From positions 6,523-70,522 of the forward strand of contig DASWWS010000001.1 in assembly GCA_036405895.1 (NCBI GenBank): 64,000 nt of DNA, written 5' to 3'. Positions 36,834 through 47,236 of the stretch are shown here, one piece after another (the stretch's first letter is position 1; every line of letters starts with the position of its first letter). Below the pieces are notes generated by a model, which ran no database searches, was not told the origin of the DNA, and worked only from the letters and a program-made list of their open reading frames with translations. The DNA is from Minisyncoccota bacterium. GTDB lineage: Bacteria; Patescibacteriota; Minisyncoccia; Phycocordibacterales; UBA9973. The translations under genes were made by a program, and so were the position numbers.

Positions 36834-38771
36834 ATGACTAAAAATTTTAAATTTCTCGTAGGTGCAGCTCTCGCATTTGTCTTCGCTTTCAGCGCAGTTA
36901 ATGCAGAAGCGGCTTACACGCACACAGGTCTCCTCAAGATGGGGATGACTAGTTCACAAGTTGAGAGCCTCCAAGAGACTCTTAACGCTGGTGGATTCCT
37001 CGTGTCTACTACAGGCGCAGGTTCTCCAGGAATGGAATCTATGTACTTCGGTGCAAAGACCAAAGCTGCTGTTATGGCATTCCAGTCTGCAAAAGGACTA
37101 GGTGCTGACGGTATCGTTGGTGTTAACACTGGTACAGCTCTTGCAGCAATGACTGGCGGTTCTGTAACGTACCCAGCTGGATGTTCTTCATCTACTGGCT
37201 ACAGCACAACAACTGGCCAGCCATGTACAGCAACTGCTAACACTTCACTTCCAGCTGGTTGTTCTTCAACTGCAGGATACTCTTCTACAACAGGAGCGAA
37301 GTGTTCAGACGGAACAACTTCATCTAACACAGGTGCTCTCTCAGGAGGTGCAGCTGACATTAACGTAAGCGCAACTTCAACTGACGTTGAAGATGAAGCT
37401 CGCGAAGGTGAAGAAGATGTTGCAGTTCTCGGCTTCGAAATCGAAGCTGATGGCGGTGATGTTGCTGTTACTTCTGTTCGCGTAACTTTCCAGGCTGAAG
37501 ACACTGACGATTCAGACCGTTTCGATCGTTATGTTGACGAAGTATCAATCTGGCTCGGCGACAAGAAAGTAGGCTCAGCTGATGCTGAAGACTTCTCTCG
37601 CGATACTTCTGCAACACCTGACACTTACACAGAAACTATCACTCTCTCTAACGCAGTAGTGCGTGAAGATGACGAAGAAAAGTTCTACGTAGCTGTTTCA
37701 GTTGTTGAAACTATCGACACTGATGAACTAGATGCTCGTTTCAACGTGGATCTAGAAGTAATCCGCTTTACTGATTCAACAGGTGCAATCTTGACATCTG
37801 AAATCGATACAGGTGACGTTGACAGCATCTTCGGTTTCGAAGACATCACTGCTGATGACGAACTTTCACTTGAAAGCTCTTCTGATAACCCAGAAGATTC
37901 AACTGTAAAGGTTGAAGAAGACGAATCTTCAGAAGAAATCCTCGCTCTTGTGGCAACACTTGAGAACGACGAAGACTCTTCTGACGCTACTTTCTATGAA
38001 ATTCCTGTTTCTATCCGTGTTCAGCAGTCTAGTACTGTTACTACGAATATAGAGGAAATCATTGAAAGCGTTATGGTAGAAATCGGTGGCGAAGAATATG
38101 AAGCTGACCTTACTGGCAGCTCAACAATCGACAGCGATGACTCTCGTACATACAGCGTTGACGTTGACGGAGACTTCGAACTCGCAGCTGGCGACGAAGC
38201 TGACGTTAAGGTATGGATCACATTCAACGATCAGGAAGATAACTACATCAGCGCTGCTACTACTGTTACAGCGTCTATCAACCCTGCATCTATTGATGTT
38301 GAAGGAGAAGATGACGATATGACTGTAGAAGGAAGCACTAAGACTGGTGCAGCTCTTTCACTTAGCATCTCTGCTGCTATCGTAGACGGCTTCGAATGGG
38401 AAGTTAACAGCACAGGTTCAATCATCGACTTCTTCTTTACAGTAGAAGCTGAGGATGAAGACTTTGATGTTCTTGCTAGCTCAATCAGTGATGTACTTGT
38501 TGCATCTAGTACTGCAACTGTTACTGATACAGCTGGTACACCTGAAACTGCTGCAGACGGTGTTCTCTCACGATTCAGTGGCGATTCTGTTGATGCTATT
38601 GGCTCAACCGGATTCACTGTTAACAGTGGAGACACTACAACATTCCGTGTTCGCTACGCTATCGCGGGCACTAACGGAACTACTGCTGAAATAAACATTA
38701 CTTCAGCAGCTGGACAGGAAGTTCCTGATGATGAAGAACGTTCACCTACAGCTACTCGCAACGTTCAATAA
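36834..38771 (+). CDS. Secreted surface protein: signal peptide, peptidoglycan-binding domain, duplicated Cys motif and a long acidic (Asp/Glu-rich) region
   Basis: Signal peptide MTKNFKFLVGAALAFVFAFSAVNA. PG_binding_1-like MGMTSSQVESLQETLNAGGF...GADGIVGVNTGTAL. PAGCSS(S/T)xGYSxTTG..C twice. The C-terminal 450 aa are more than 30% D+E. Confidence 0.6.
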   Translation: MTKNFKFLVGAALAFVFAFSAVNAEAAYTHTGLLKMGMTSSQVESLQETLNAGGFLVSTTGAGSPGMESMYFGAKTKAAVMAFQSAKGLGADGIVGVNTGTALAAMTGGSVTYPAGCSSSTGYSTTTGQPCTATANTSLPAGCSSTAGYSSTTGAKCSDGTTSSNTGALSGGAADINVSATSTDVEDEAREGEEDVAVLGFEIEADGGDVAVTSVRVTFQAEDTDDSDRFDRYVDEVSIWLGDKKVGSADAEDFSRDTSATPDTYTETITLSNAVVREDDEEKFYVAVSVVETIDTDELDARFNVDLEVIRFTDSTGAILTSEIDTGDVDSIFGFEDITADDELSLESSSDNPEDSTVKVEEDESSEEILALVATLENDEDSSDATFYEIPVSIRVQQSSTVTTNIEEIIESVMVEIGGEEYEADLTGSSTIDSDDSRTYSVDVDGDFELAAGDEADVKVWITFNDQEDNYISAATTVTASINPASIDVEGEDDDMTVEGSTKTGAALSLSISAAIVDGFEWEVNSTGSIIDFFFTVEAEDEDFDVLASSISDVLVASSTATVTDTAGTPETAADGVLSRFSGDSVDAIGSTGFTVNSGDTTTFRVRYAIAGTNGTTAEINITSAAGQEVPDDEERSPTATRNVQ

Positions 38772-38823
38772 TTCTAATTATTGATTGTTAAAAGTTCTTA
38801 GGTAACTGACTTTAAGTCAAAAC

Positions 38824-38852
38824 AAAAAACCACCCCTTGGGGTGGTTTTTTG
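38824..38852 (+). terminator. Rho-independent terminator after surface protein gene
   Basis: AAAAAACCACCCC-ttgg-GGTGGTTTTTTG. Confidence 0.7.
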
Positions 38853-38880
38853 TTTACCTGATTTTTGCTATAGTGGGGCA

Positions 38881-40881
38881 ATGAAAAAGGCCAAAACGGC
38901 AGCTATATTGTGGCAATGGAAAGCTCTCGAGTATTTGGTGTATTTGACCACCGCTCTCGTACCTCTCGTTGTCGCCAAAGGGCAACTGTTTGGTTTTACT
39001 AGTACTAAGTCGTTTATCTTTATGGCGCTTGTCGCTGTTATGGTAACGCTGTATGCATGGGGAAAATATGAGGAAATAAAAAAAGAAGGGAGTGTTCTTC
39101 GAATAACGTGGCTTCACGGGTTGCTAGCATTGTTTGCTATAGCGCTTGGTATCAGTGCTATCTTTGGTGTGGACCCCCACACATCATGGTTTGGCACCTT
39201 TCGCGAAGGAACAGGGCTTGTCTACATCTATGCATTTATTGTATGGAGCATGCTTATTGGAGTACTTGTGCGACGAAATGACTCGTTTCTTATACAGTTT
39301 CTTGGTGTTACATTTGCAACAGGAGTACTCGCAGCTCTTCTCGTAGCGTTTAAGAGCTCAACAATAGGGAACAGTTCGTTTGAGGGGGCGTACCTTCTTT
39401 TTATTTCCTGCATCGGTCTTGGATTGTTTATTTACTCTCGTGCATTATGGAAACGAGTAGTTATTGGAGCAGGAATGCTTACGGTCTTATTATCTCCTGT
39501 GCTGTTTAATGCAGGAATATGGAAGGGTGAAGTTTCTATACTGACTGCTCTCAAAAACCCAACCCTCTTTGCCGGAGAAGCAAATGGTGCAGTATTGGGA
39601 ACTGCTGTTGCATTTTTTATTGCGTTCGGACTCTTTCTTGTTCGCTCAGCCAAAAGCTACAAGCGCATCGCTGGGGCCGTGCTATGTATTGCAGTGGTGG
39701 GGAGTGCGGCAATTGCGGGGTGGCAAATGATGACCCCTGGAACATCTGTGAACAGTGCATTTATTAAGCAGGCGTCTCCTACGCGCTTTGTGTATTGGGA
39801 CATAGCAGCAGCCGGCTTTCTCGCATCTCCAATAACCGGCTATGGATGGGGGAATTATGATCGTGTGTTTCAAGAGTATTTTGACCCGGTAATTTTTTCT
39901 CCCGGATATGCGGTTGAGCCGGGTGTTCAAGACCCGCACAATGCAATTTGGAGCTATGCGGCCACTACCGGCGCTCTCGGTGTCATAGCTTATACCTTGT
40001 TGATTGGAGGCATATTTATAGCGCTCTATGCCGCATCGCGTTCCGGTGACCGAATGCATCGAGTATTCAGTATTGTTCTTGCTGCAAGTATGGTGGGGTA
40101 CTTCCTGCAGAATATGTTTGTTTTTGATACGCCTGTAAGCTATCTACTACTCTTTTCAATTATTGGCATTGCTGTTGGTATGACCCCTGTGTGGCGGAGT
40201 GCGGGGCTATATCGTCGGTATAGCGCACTACACGGCGCACTAGCAGTGCTTATTGTAACAGGAAGTATTGCCTGCATAGCGCTCTTTAGCATGCTTCCGG
40301 CGAAAGAAAGTGCTGCATGGTTTGACCGCCTGACACAGAGTACTGGTTCTGTCGAAACATCTCCTCAAAGCATTTCGCTGATGGGGAATGCAAATGACAC
40401 TTCCTCTATTGCGGGCAAATTTTATGCTTCTACAAAAGACACTATCGATACCGAAAAGGAAAAGACATTTTATACAAAAAAATATCAATTGCTTGCGAGT
40501 GATATTGTATATGATCTTGAGCGAGAAAAGAATAATTATAAACCATACCTTGTAAAAGGAATTATTGAAAATGGCCTCGTGTCCCTTGGAGGAAAGGCTG
40601 ACCCCGCTCTTATTGCATCAGCGAAAGAGAGTCTGGAGCGCGCCCAAACGCTTAACCCTCGGACACCTGAGGTATATTTCAACCTTGCACAAACGGCAAT
40701 GTATGAGCGCAATTTTGATAGCGCATACACGTCTATCAGAGCTGGTATTGCCCTCAATCCGGCTTATCAACAAGGATATGAACTTTCGGGCGCAGTGATT
40801 AGAACAGGTGCAATACTGAAAATCCTGCCAAATAGGGAATTTGAAGAATATGCTCAAATGATGCGAGAAATACAAAAATAA
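38881..40881 (+). CDS. O-antigen ligase/polymerase-like polytopic membrane protein with C-terminal TPR repeats
   Basis: At least 10 TM helices, a Wzy_C-like loop (GYGWGNY) and a TPR-like C-terminus (YFNLAQTAMYERNFDSAYTSIRAGIALNPAYQQGY). Confidence 0.5.
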   Translation: MKKAKTAAILWQWKALEYLVYLTTALVPLVVAKGQLFGFTSTKSFIFMALVAVMVTLYAWGKYEEIKKEGSVLRITWLHGLLALFAIALGISAIFGVDPHTSWFGTFREGTGLVYIYAFIVWSMLIGVLVRRNDSFLIQFLGVTFATGVLAALLVAFKSSTIGNSSFEGAYLLFISCIGLGLFIYSRALWKRVVIGAGMLTVLLSPVLFNAGIWKGEVSILTALKNPTLFAGEANGAVLGTAVAFFIAFGLFLVRSAKSYKRIAGAVLCIAVVGSAAIAGWQMMTPGTSVNSAFIKQASPTRFVYWDIAAAGFLASPITGYGWGNYDRVFQEYFDPVIFSPGYAVEPGVQDPHNAIWSYAATTGALGVIAYTLLIGGIFIALYAASRSGDRMHRVFSIVLAASMVGYFLQNMFVFDTPVSYLLLFSIIGIAVGMTPVWRSAGLYRRYSALHGALAVLIVTGSIACIALFSMLPAKESAAWFDRLTQSTGSVETSPQSISLMGNANDTSSIAGKFYASTKDTIDTEKEKTFYTKKYQLLASDIVYDLEREKNNYKPYLVKGIIENGLVSLGGKADPALIASAKESLERAQTLNPRTPEVYFNLAQTAMYERNFDSAYTSIRAGIALNPAYQQGYELSGAVIRTGAILKILPNREFEEYAQMMREIQK

Positions 40882-40883
40882 TT

Positions 40884-41762
40884 ATGGTTATTACTCGGTT
40901 ACAAGGCGGAATGGGAAATCAAATGTTTCAGTATGCTGCTGGACGCGCTTTGGCAATTAAAAATAATACGAGCCTAGGCTTGGATTTAGAGTACCTACTC
41001 GACAGGACACCTCGCAAAGGGTTTACGTTTCGCAACTACGACCTTGATTTATTTTCTATAGAGGCAGAAATCGTTCAACAGGCAAATATACCATTTCTCT
41101 ATCGAGGCTTTGGCTCTGGAAAAGTGGCACTGTTGCTCAATAAGCTTCGCGATAAAATCCTTCCTGCACCAGGAAAAGAAAAAGGATTTTCTTTTGACCC
41201 AAGCGTGCTCAATCTGGGCTCAGACATGTATCTCTATGGGTACTGGCAGAGCTATAAGTATTTTGAATCCATTACTGAAACTATCAGGAAAGATTTCACA
41301 CCGCGATTATCTCTTCCACAAAATGTTCAGGAATTAAAAAAAGAAATTGAGTCGAAGAACTCTGTGTGTATTCATGTTCGCAGGGGAGACTATGTAGGAA
41401 ACAGTGTTCATGAAGTTGTAGGGAGGTCATATTACGATACTGCACTTACTATGCTCAAAGAAAGAACTCCGATCGAGCATGTGTATGTGTTTTCTGATGA
41501 TATCCAGTGGTGCAAAGACGCACTTTCGTTTGCCTACCCGACCACATTTGTGGGGCCAGAGTTTGCGGGAGAGCGAGCTATTGGGCACTTCGAGCTCATG
41601 CGGGCATGCACGCACTTCATCATCCCCAACAGCTCATTTTCCTGGTGGGCGGCGTGGTTAGGAACCTCTCTAAGCAAGGCCGTCATTGCTCCCAAACAGT
41701 GGTTTAAGGATGCTACAATAGACACTACAGATTTGGTGCCTCCTCAATGGATCAGGATTTAA
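40884..41762 (+). CDS. Glycosyltransferase family 11 (alpha-1,2-fucosyltransferase-like)
   Basis: GT11 motif I (GGMGNQMFQYAAGRALA) and motif III (IIPNSSFSWWAAWLG). Confidence 0.8.
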   Translation: MVITRLQGGMGNQMFQYAAGRALAIKNNTSLGLDLEYLLDRTPRKGFTFRNYDLDLFSIEAEIVQQANIPFLYRGFGSGKVALLLNKLRDKILPAPGKEKGFSFDPSVLNLGSDMYLYGYWQSYKYFESITETIRKDFTPRLSLPQNVQELKKEIESKNSVCIHVRRGDYVGNSVHEVVGRSYYDTALTMLKERTPIEHVYVFSDDIQWCKDALSFAYPTTFVGPEFAGERAIGHFELMRACTHFIIPNSSFSWWAAWLGTSLSKAVIAPKQWFKDATIDTTDLVPPQWIRI

Positions 41763-41777
41763 TTTAATAAATATAAT

Positions 41778-42878
41778 ATGAAAATAGCATTAATCGGAGC
41801 CGGGGTAGACAGTATTCCTTCAAAAAAATTTGGAGCAATTGAAATGATATTGTGGAATTACAAGCGCGACCTGGAGCGCTTAGGACATGAGGTGGTGATT
41901 TTCAATACCCAAAACCTCAAAGAGGTTTCTACCGCAATAAACAACGGAGCGTTTGATTTTGTAGAGCTTAACTACAGTGAATATGTGAGCTTTTTCTCAA
42001 AACACCTGGAAGTTCCTTTTTGTACTGTGTGTCACTCGGGGTATATAACAAATAGAAAGAAATGGTCCATTGGGTACACTGCTGTTTTTTATGACACAAT
42101 GAAGTCTCCAGGCATAATCGCACTCTCCGAAGATATACGGCAATTATATATCCGCAATGGACACAGCGGGTTTTTGCGCGTGGTGCGCAACGGTATTGAT
42201 ACTGAACATTTTACTCTTCAGGAAAAAGGCAATGACCGAGCGATATGTTTAGGAAGAATCGAGCCGCGAAAAAGACAAGCGTGGCTCGCGAATACAGTTA
42301 GAGATACTGTTGATCTTGATTTTGTGGGACCGATACAAGACCCTACTTTTAAAGCTCTGGCGCGCACACAGCACAAGGGGTATTGGATGAAAGACGAGGT
42401 ATATAAAAATTTATCACAATACAGTTGTCTTGTGTTGCTCTCTGACGGGGAAGCGGCGCCCCTTGTTGTCCCCGAAGCCCTTGCTGCTGGACTTTCTATT
42501 GTCGTTTCAAAGTCTGCTGCTGCAAATCTTGATGAGCAGTTACCTTTCATTACTGTCTTGCCCGATGATACTTCAGACCCCGAAGTAATAGCGCAGAGCA
42601 TCAACGATCAAATAAAAAACAATACGTTGTACCGCGCTGAAATAGTGGCGTATGCGAAACACTATTTTGACAACAAGGCAGTGGTTTCTGATTTTATGAA
42701 AGTAGTAGAAGAATTTAGAAGTGTTCCTCGCCCCATGAATAATGCCAGAGTACCCTTTAAAGAAATGCCACTATATCTTTTGTCAAAATGTGCACTATTT
42801 GTAAAAAGCACTTTGCGCAGTATGCGGTTGTTGATAGGGAAGACTAGTGCCCCAGCAGTGCAAGAAAACGCCTCTTGA
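41778..42878 (+). CDS. Glycosyltransferase family 4-like (GT-B fold)
   Basis: The C-terminal PLVVPEALAAGLSIVVS region matches the GT4 donor-binding pattern. Confidence 0.5.
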   Translation: MKIALIGAGVDSIPSKKFGAIEMILWNYKRDLERLGHEVVIFNTQNLKEVSTAINNGAFDFVELNYSEYVSFFSKHLEVPFCTVCHSGYITNRKKWSIGYTAVFYDTMKSPGIIALSEDIRQLYIRNGHSGFLRVVRNGIDTEHFTLQEKGNDRAICLGRIEPRKRQAWLANTVRDTVDLDFVGPIQDPTFKALARTQHKGYWMKDEVYKNLSQYSCLVLLSDGEAAPLVVPEALAAGLSIVVSKSAAANLDEQLPFITVLPDDTSDPEVIAQSINDQIKNNTLYRAEIVAYAKHYFDNKAVVSDFMKVVEEFRSVPRPMNNARVPFKEMPLYLLSKCALFVKSTLRSMRLLIGKTSAPAVQENAS

Positions 42879-43917
42879 TTGTTGGCAGTTTTTTTATAAA
42901 AAAGGCTCCATAGACTGTAATAAGAAATCGGTGTTTTTTCCACGGCTTATTGAGGGCATTATCCGCATTGAACAGATGCGCGTTTTTTTCTTCGAACGCA
43001 TCTTTTTCGCTCCAGCACTGAGATGAGGAAAACATCCGACCTTCTTTGTCTATGTAAGTGAAATCATCTGTAATAATGTCCGAAGGGGACCAGAGACCGT
43101 CTGCGATGTTGAACCGCGCCCAATATTTTGGAGCAACAACTGTTTTTTTATCGACATTCAAATATGCCGCCCACCAGGAAAAGCTTGAGTTAGGGATAAT
43201 CAAATAATGAGCATGCAATAACAGAGAAAAATCAATGCCGACGGGTCCACCGTGATGGTGCCCTGCCTTATGCGTATCCTTTTTTTCTAACAGTGCTGAG
43301 CCGATAACTGATACACCAGGCAAAAGTTTTTCTGCTGCTTCTTTCTGGTCTGTTACGCATTGAAAAACAATATCGGGATTTATTGAGCGCATGTGCTCCA
43401 TCGCGTTTTTATAATACTGTATCGGAAGAAATGCTTTGGATTGCATAAAGTCTCCACAGCGCAGATGGATGACACACACATTTTCATCGGTGCGATATTG
43501 TTGGTACTCTTCTTTAATAGGAAGCCATTTCAAAATATCCTCTCTGTGCCCTTGGAGATATTTTACGGACTGGCAATTGCCGTCGAATTTAGTGTAAGAA
43601 GGGATGCTGAGAAGGTTTGGGTCAGTGCGCGAGATGTCATCTGTCATATCCAAAAGTGTATTTCCCAAGAGCTCTCTTTTTTCCGCATAGTAGTGCTTGA
43701 TGCCTTTGGGTAAGGTAAATAAATAGCCTTTTTTTGAAGTATGCCCCCCAAAGATAGGGGCCCCAAAATCAATATCCATAAAACTCTGCCCCTTGAATCG
43801 TTCTTTTTTTAGAATAGAAAAATCGCACCCATTTCTTTGTGCAATGATACGAGTTACTGCATATGCCCAGATTTGATTGCCAAGACCTTGTTCGTTGTAT
43901 AGTTCGTTACAAATCAT
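42844..43917 (-). CDS. Second GT11-like fucosyltransferase
   Basis: GLGNQIWAYAVTRIIA (motif I) and HYLIIPNSSFSWWAAYLN (motif III). Confidence 0.65.
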   Translation of the reverse strand: MICNELYNEQGLGNQIWAYAVTRIIAQRNGCDFSILKKERFKGQSFMDIDFGAPIFGGHTSKKGYLFTLPKGIKHYYAEKRELLGNTLLDMTDDISRTDPNLLSIPSYTKFDGNCQSVKYLQGHREDILKWLPIKEEYQQYRTDENVCVIHLRCGDFMQSKAFLPIQYYKNAMEHMRSINPDIVFQCVTDQKEAAEKLLPGVSVIGSALLEKKDTHKAGHHHGGPVGIDFSLLLHAHYLIIPNSSFSWWAAYLNVDKKTVVAPKYWARFNIADGLWSPSDIITDDFTYIDKEGRMFSSSQCWSEKDAFEEKNAHLFNADNALNKPWKKHRFLITVYGAFFIKKLPTIKRRFLALLGH

Positions 43918-44063
43918 CTTTTACTTTTTAACCATACCACAAAAAGGTAAAAATGTTATTTCGCAATACTCTTAATTTGTTGGGAAATAGTTATTTTTAC
44001 TAAAATAGTCTGTGTGGTATAATTCAAAACACTACAATTAAGCCCCTAGTCTAGACCAGAAAA

Positions 44064-44978
44064 ATGTGGAAAAAAATAAAACTCGCTCTTAGGGGGTCTA
44101 AAGCTATTAGCCGGTCTTTACTTTGGCAATTATTGACCATTTGGCAAAGCCGGCTCGAACCGCTTTCAACGATCTATAAAGATGAAAAGATTTCAGCAAT
44201 TAAGCACTACTTGCGTAACGACTGGGAGTACATAAAATTTAAGAGAGAAATCAATGCCTATAAAACCAAAGAGGGATATGATTTTGACGGCATTAAGCTT
44301 CCTCCTTGTGTTATAACGCCCGATTATTTTTTGAATGTATTCAAGCCCCACATAGAGCGTCTTGTGTACAAGCAGGAGAATATTGCTGAGTTTTATCGAA
44401 AACAAAAAACCCTCTACCCAACACTCATTTATTGCAAGGATGTTTGTTTGAGTGGTGAACCAAAGTATGTAGGAGCTCATATTGTAACTCATGGCTTTAC
44501 CTATTTTTTTAATGAAATTACGATAGAGAGGGGTGATGTGGTATTGGACCTTGGCGCAGCCCCAGGGGATTTTGCAGCACTGTGCGCATATAAGGGTGCA
44601 TCTAAAATCTACACATTTGAACCGGAGGAAAGTGCCAAGTCTGATTTGGAAATACTGAGTCGAATGAGCAACAACGCCATTGAAGTGGTAAGGTGGTATG
44701 CAGGGTTGCAGACAAATATTTATACGAACACCGTTTCACTTGATGACTTTGTGAAAGAAAAAGGATTGCTAGTCATCAATTTTATTAAAGCTGATATAGA
44801 GGGAAATGAGGCAGATATGTTACGCGGAGCAACGGAGATACTTCGCACCTTAAAACCAAAATTGATTATTTGTACGTATCACCGTGAAAATGATCCAGAC
44901 GAGATAGAGACTATTATTCTTTCAGCAAATGAAACTTACACGATTTATAAAGAACCAGGAGTACTATATGCCTTTTAA
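44064..44978 (+). CDS. FkbM-family SAM-dependent methyltransferase
   Basis: VLDLGAAPGDFAALCA (SAM-binding) and FIKADIEGNEADMLRGA (FkbM signature). Confidence 0.65.
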   Translation: MWKKIKLALRGSKAISRSLLWQLLTIWQSRLEPLSTIYKDEKISAIKHYLRNDWEYIKFKREINAYKTKEGYDFDGIKLPPCVITPDYFLNVFKPHIERLVYKQENIAEFYRKQKTLYPTLIYCKDVCLSGEPKYVGAHIVTHGFTYFFNEITIERGDVVLDLGAAPGDFAALCAYKGASKIYTFEPEESAKSDLEILSRMSNNAIEVVRWYAGLQTNIYTNTVSLDDFVKEKGLLVINFIKADIEGNEADMLRGATEILRTLKPKLIICTYHRENDPDEIETIILSANETYTIYKEPGVLYAF

Positions 44979-46278
44979 TTTTTTCAAAACAATTTCAACA
45001 CTCTCTTTTAAGGCAATAAATAAAACAGTGCTTCTGGCGACTATTATTGCACTTGCTACCAATGTTCAAAAGGGGAGCTTTACTCGTACGGGCATGCCTA
45101 GTCCGTTTCAAGCACTGCTTGTCGTATCAATTATCTTAACTATTATTTATGTATTAAAGAGCCATAGGGTAAAAGATTTTTTCGATTCTCTCCCTAGGAA
45201 AATATGGTTTGCTATTGGAGGATTTTACGCGGCGACTCTCATAGGATGGGGGATTGCTATCGTTGTTATGGACATGCCGACTACGCTTCATACTATTTTG
45301 GACTTCGGCACGTTTACTATGGGAGTAACCCTTCTTTTACTTGTTGCTTTTTACGCAAAAGGGGACTATATATACGCCAAGTGGTGCTTATATGCATCGT
45401 TTATTCCCAATATCTATCTGGTACATTACTTCCTCACACACGGATTGGTTGGATACTGGGGTGTTACCAATGACTTTTCACTTGATAAAATATTAGACCC
45501 CAATATTCTCTCTAAGGTACTTCTTGTCCCTGCAATTTTCTTCATCAGTCTCGCTCTTTTTGCGCTGAAAGATAAAAAATGGTGGCACGTCGGAACATAT
45601 ATGGCGCTTGGTTCAGCGTTTGCCATGTCAATATTTTGGACTGTTTCCCGAGGAGGCATAGTGAGTCTCGCAGTCGGCGCATTCGCCACATGGATAGTAT
45701 TTTCAATTCGAAATTTTACTTGGAAAAAAACAATTCTTAGTGGCTTACTCGTTTTAATTATTTTATCAGTAGGATATGTAATAAATCCAAAAGGAACACT
45801 TCAGGCGATAGCTCTTAAGGCGACTAATACATTCACACTTCCGCCAACAAGCGAAGGGAGAATATCGAATGTTACGGTTGAAGAAATACGAATGCTTCCT
45901 CAGACCGAGTCCCGGCTCTTGATATGGTACTTTTATCCACGATACATACTTAAGCATCCGTTTGGGGTAGGGCCGAATGCTTCTCAGGATTTTAATTTTC
46001 AAGATAAAAACGGAACTCATATTTATGTTGGGCCGGATAGCACCTATCTTGTAGTAGCGCTGTGGGCGGGATTCTTGGGTCTTGGAATTTATCTATACAT
46101 TATGTGGAATGCTTTTGCCGCATTATGGAAGAAATGGAAAAAATCCTATGATGGCATAACGCTTGCGTTGATGGGAATTTTATTTACACTGCTGACAGTT
46201 CTCTTTTTTGATGGCAACATGTCATTGTATTGGTTATATATTGTCCTTGCATTAGCGTTTGTAAAAAATGATAAATAA
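44968..46278 (+). CDS. Polytopic membrane protein, O-antigen polymerase (Wzy)-like
   Basis: 10-12 TM helices with a large loop, inside the glycan locus. No strong motif. Confidence 0.45.
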   Translation: MPFNFFKTISTLSFKAINKTVLLATIIALATNVQKGSFTRTGMPSPFQALLVVSIILTIIYVLKSHRVKDFFDSLPRKIWFAIGGFYAATLIGWGIAIVVMDMPTTLHTILDFGTFTMGVTLLLLVAFYAKGDYIYAKWCLYASFIPNIYLVHYFLTHGLVGYWGVTNDFSLDKILDPNILSKVLLVPAIFFISLALFALKDKKWWHVGTYMALGSAFAMSIFWTVSRGGIVSLAVGAFATWIVFSIRNFTWKKTILSGLLVLIILSVGYVINPKGTLQAIALKATNTFTLPPTSEGRISNVTVEEIRMLPQTESRLLIWYFYPRYILKHPFGVGPNASQDFNFQDKNGTHIYVGPDSTYLVVALWAGFLGLGIYLYIMWNAFAALWKKWKKSYDGITLALMGILFTLLTVLFFDGNMSLYWLYIVLALAFVKNDK

Positions 46279-47236
46279 TCCACAACAATTAGTATCGGTT
46301 ATTATATCTGCCTATAATGTTGAAAAATATATTTCTCAGGCAATTGAGTCTGTTATTGCCCAGACATATTCTCATATTGAAATTCTTATAGTAAATGACG
46401 GTTCGACCGATAGCACTTTGCACATCATAGAAGGATACGCCCTGAAGGATAAGCGCGTTGTTGTTGTTACCCAGGAAAATCAGGGAGTTTCGGCTGCCCG
46501 AAATACAGGTTTTAAGATCGCACAGGGTGACTATTTTTGTATTTTTGATGCGGACGACATAATGCTCCCTACTAAAATTGAAGCCCAGCTCCGTTTTTCA
46601 AACAGTAACCCCTCCGCTGACTTCATTTACTCAAAAGCCTATTATTTCATTGACGGTACGAATGATATTTATCGGCATGACCTGACAACGGCAAACGGGT
46701 CGAGTGTGCATAAAAAATTATTGCAATACGGTAACTTTATATACACAGGCACTGTATTTTTTAAGCGCTCTGTTTTTGATATACATTCCGGATTTGACGA
46801 GCATTTTCGGTCCGCAGAAGAGTTTGACTATTGGCTTACTCTTTCAAAAAAAGGAGTTTCCTTTCTTTCTCATAATGAATATTTGACCCTATGCAGAAGT
46901 CGGGGGAGCGGTTTGACTTCGGACAGTATCACTATGTACACCACTCTTATCGCTGTTCTCGAAAAGCATTTTGCAGAATCGAGTTTCCTGTCAAAAATAA
47001 CAAGCCGACAGTATATAAAGGCAAAATTCCTGCTGTATGTTTCCCGCATAAAAAAATCGAAGACAGCTCCTGGCGAAGTTCGTACACATACCAGTGGTTC
47101 TGCAAGTATTGGTTACTATGTAAATGCTCTCTTTGGTCTAGCAAAGAAAATAAAATACTCAATGACGTTTAAGAAAATACACGATAAAAAATTGGAAGAT
47201 TTTTTAATAAGAATGGAATCCATCAAATCTCTATGA
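46268..47236 (+). CDS. Glycosyltransferase family 2
   Basis: VSVIISAYNVEKYISQAIESVIAQTY...ILIVNDGSTDST and a DAD(D) motif. Confidence 0.8.
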   Translation: MINNPQQLVSVIISAYNVEKYISQAIESVIAQTYSHIEILIVNDGSTDSTLHIIEGYALKDKRVVVVTQENQGVSAARNTGFKIAQGDYFCIFDADDIMLPTKIEAQLRFSNSNPSADFIYSKAYYFIDGTNDIYRHDLTTANGSSVHKKLLQYGNFIYTGTVFFKRSVFDIHSGFDEHFRSAEEFDYWLTLSKKGVSFLSHNEYLTLCRSRGSGLTSDSITMYTTLIAVLEKHFAESSFLSKITSRQYIKAKFLLYVSRIKKSKTAPGEVRTHTSGSASIGYYVNALFGLAKKIKYSMTFKKIHDKKLEDFLIRMESIKSL

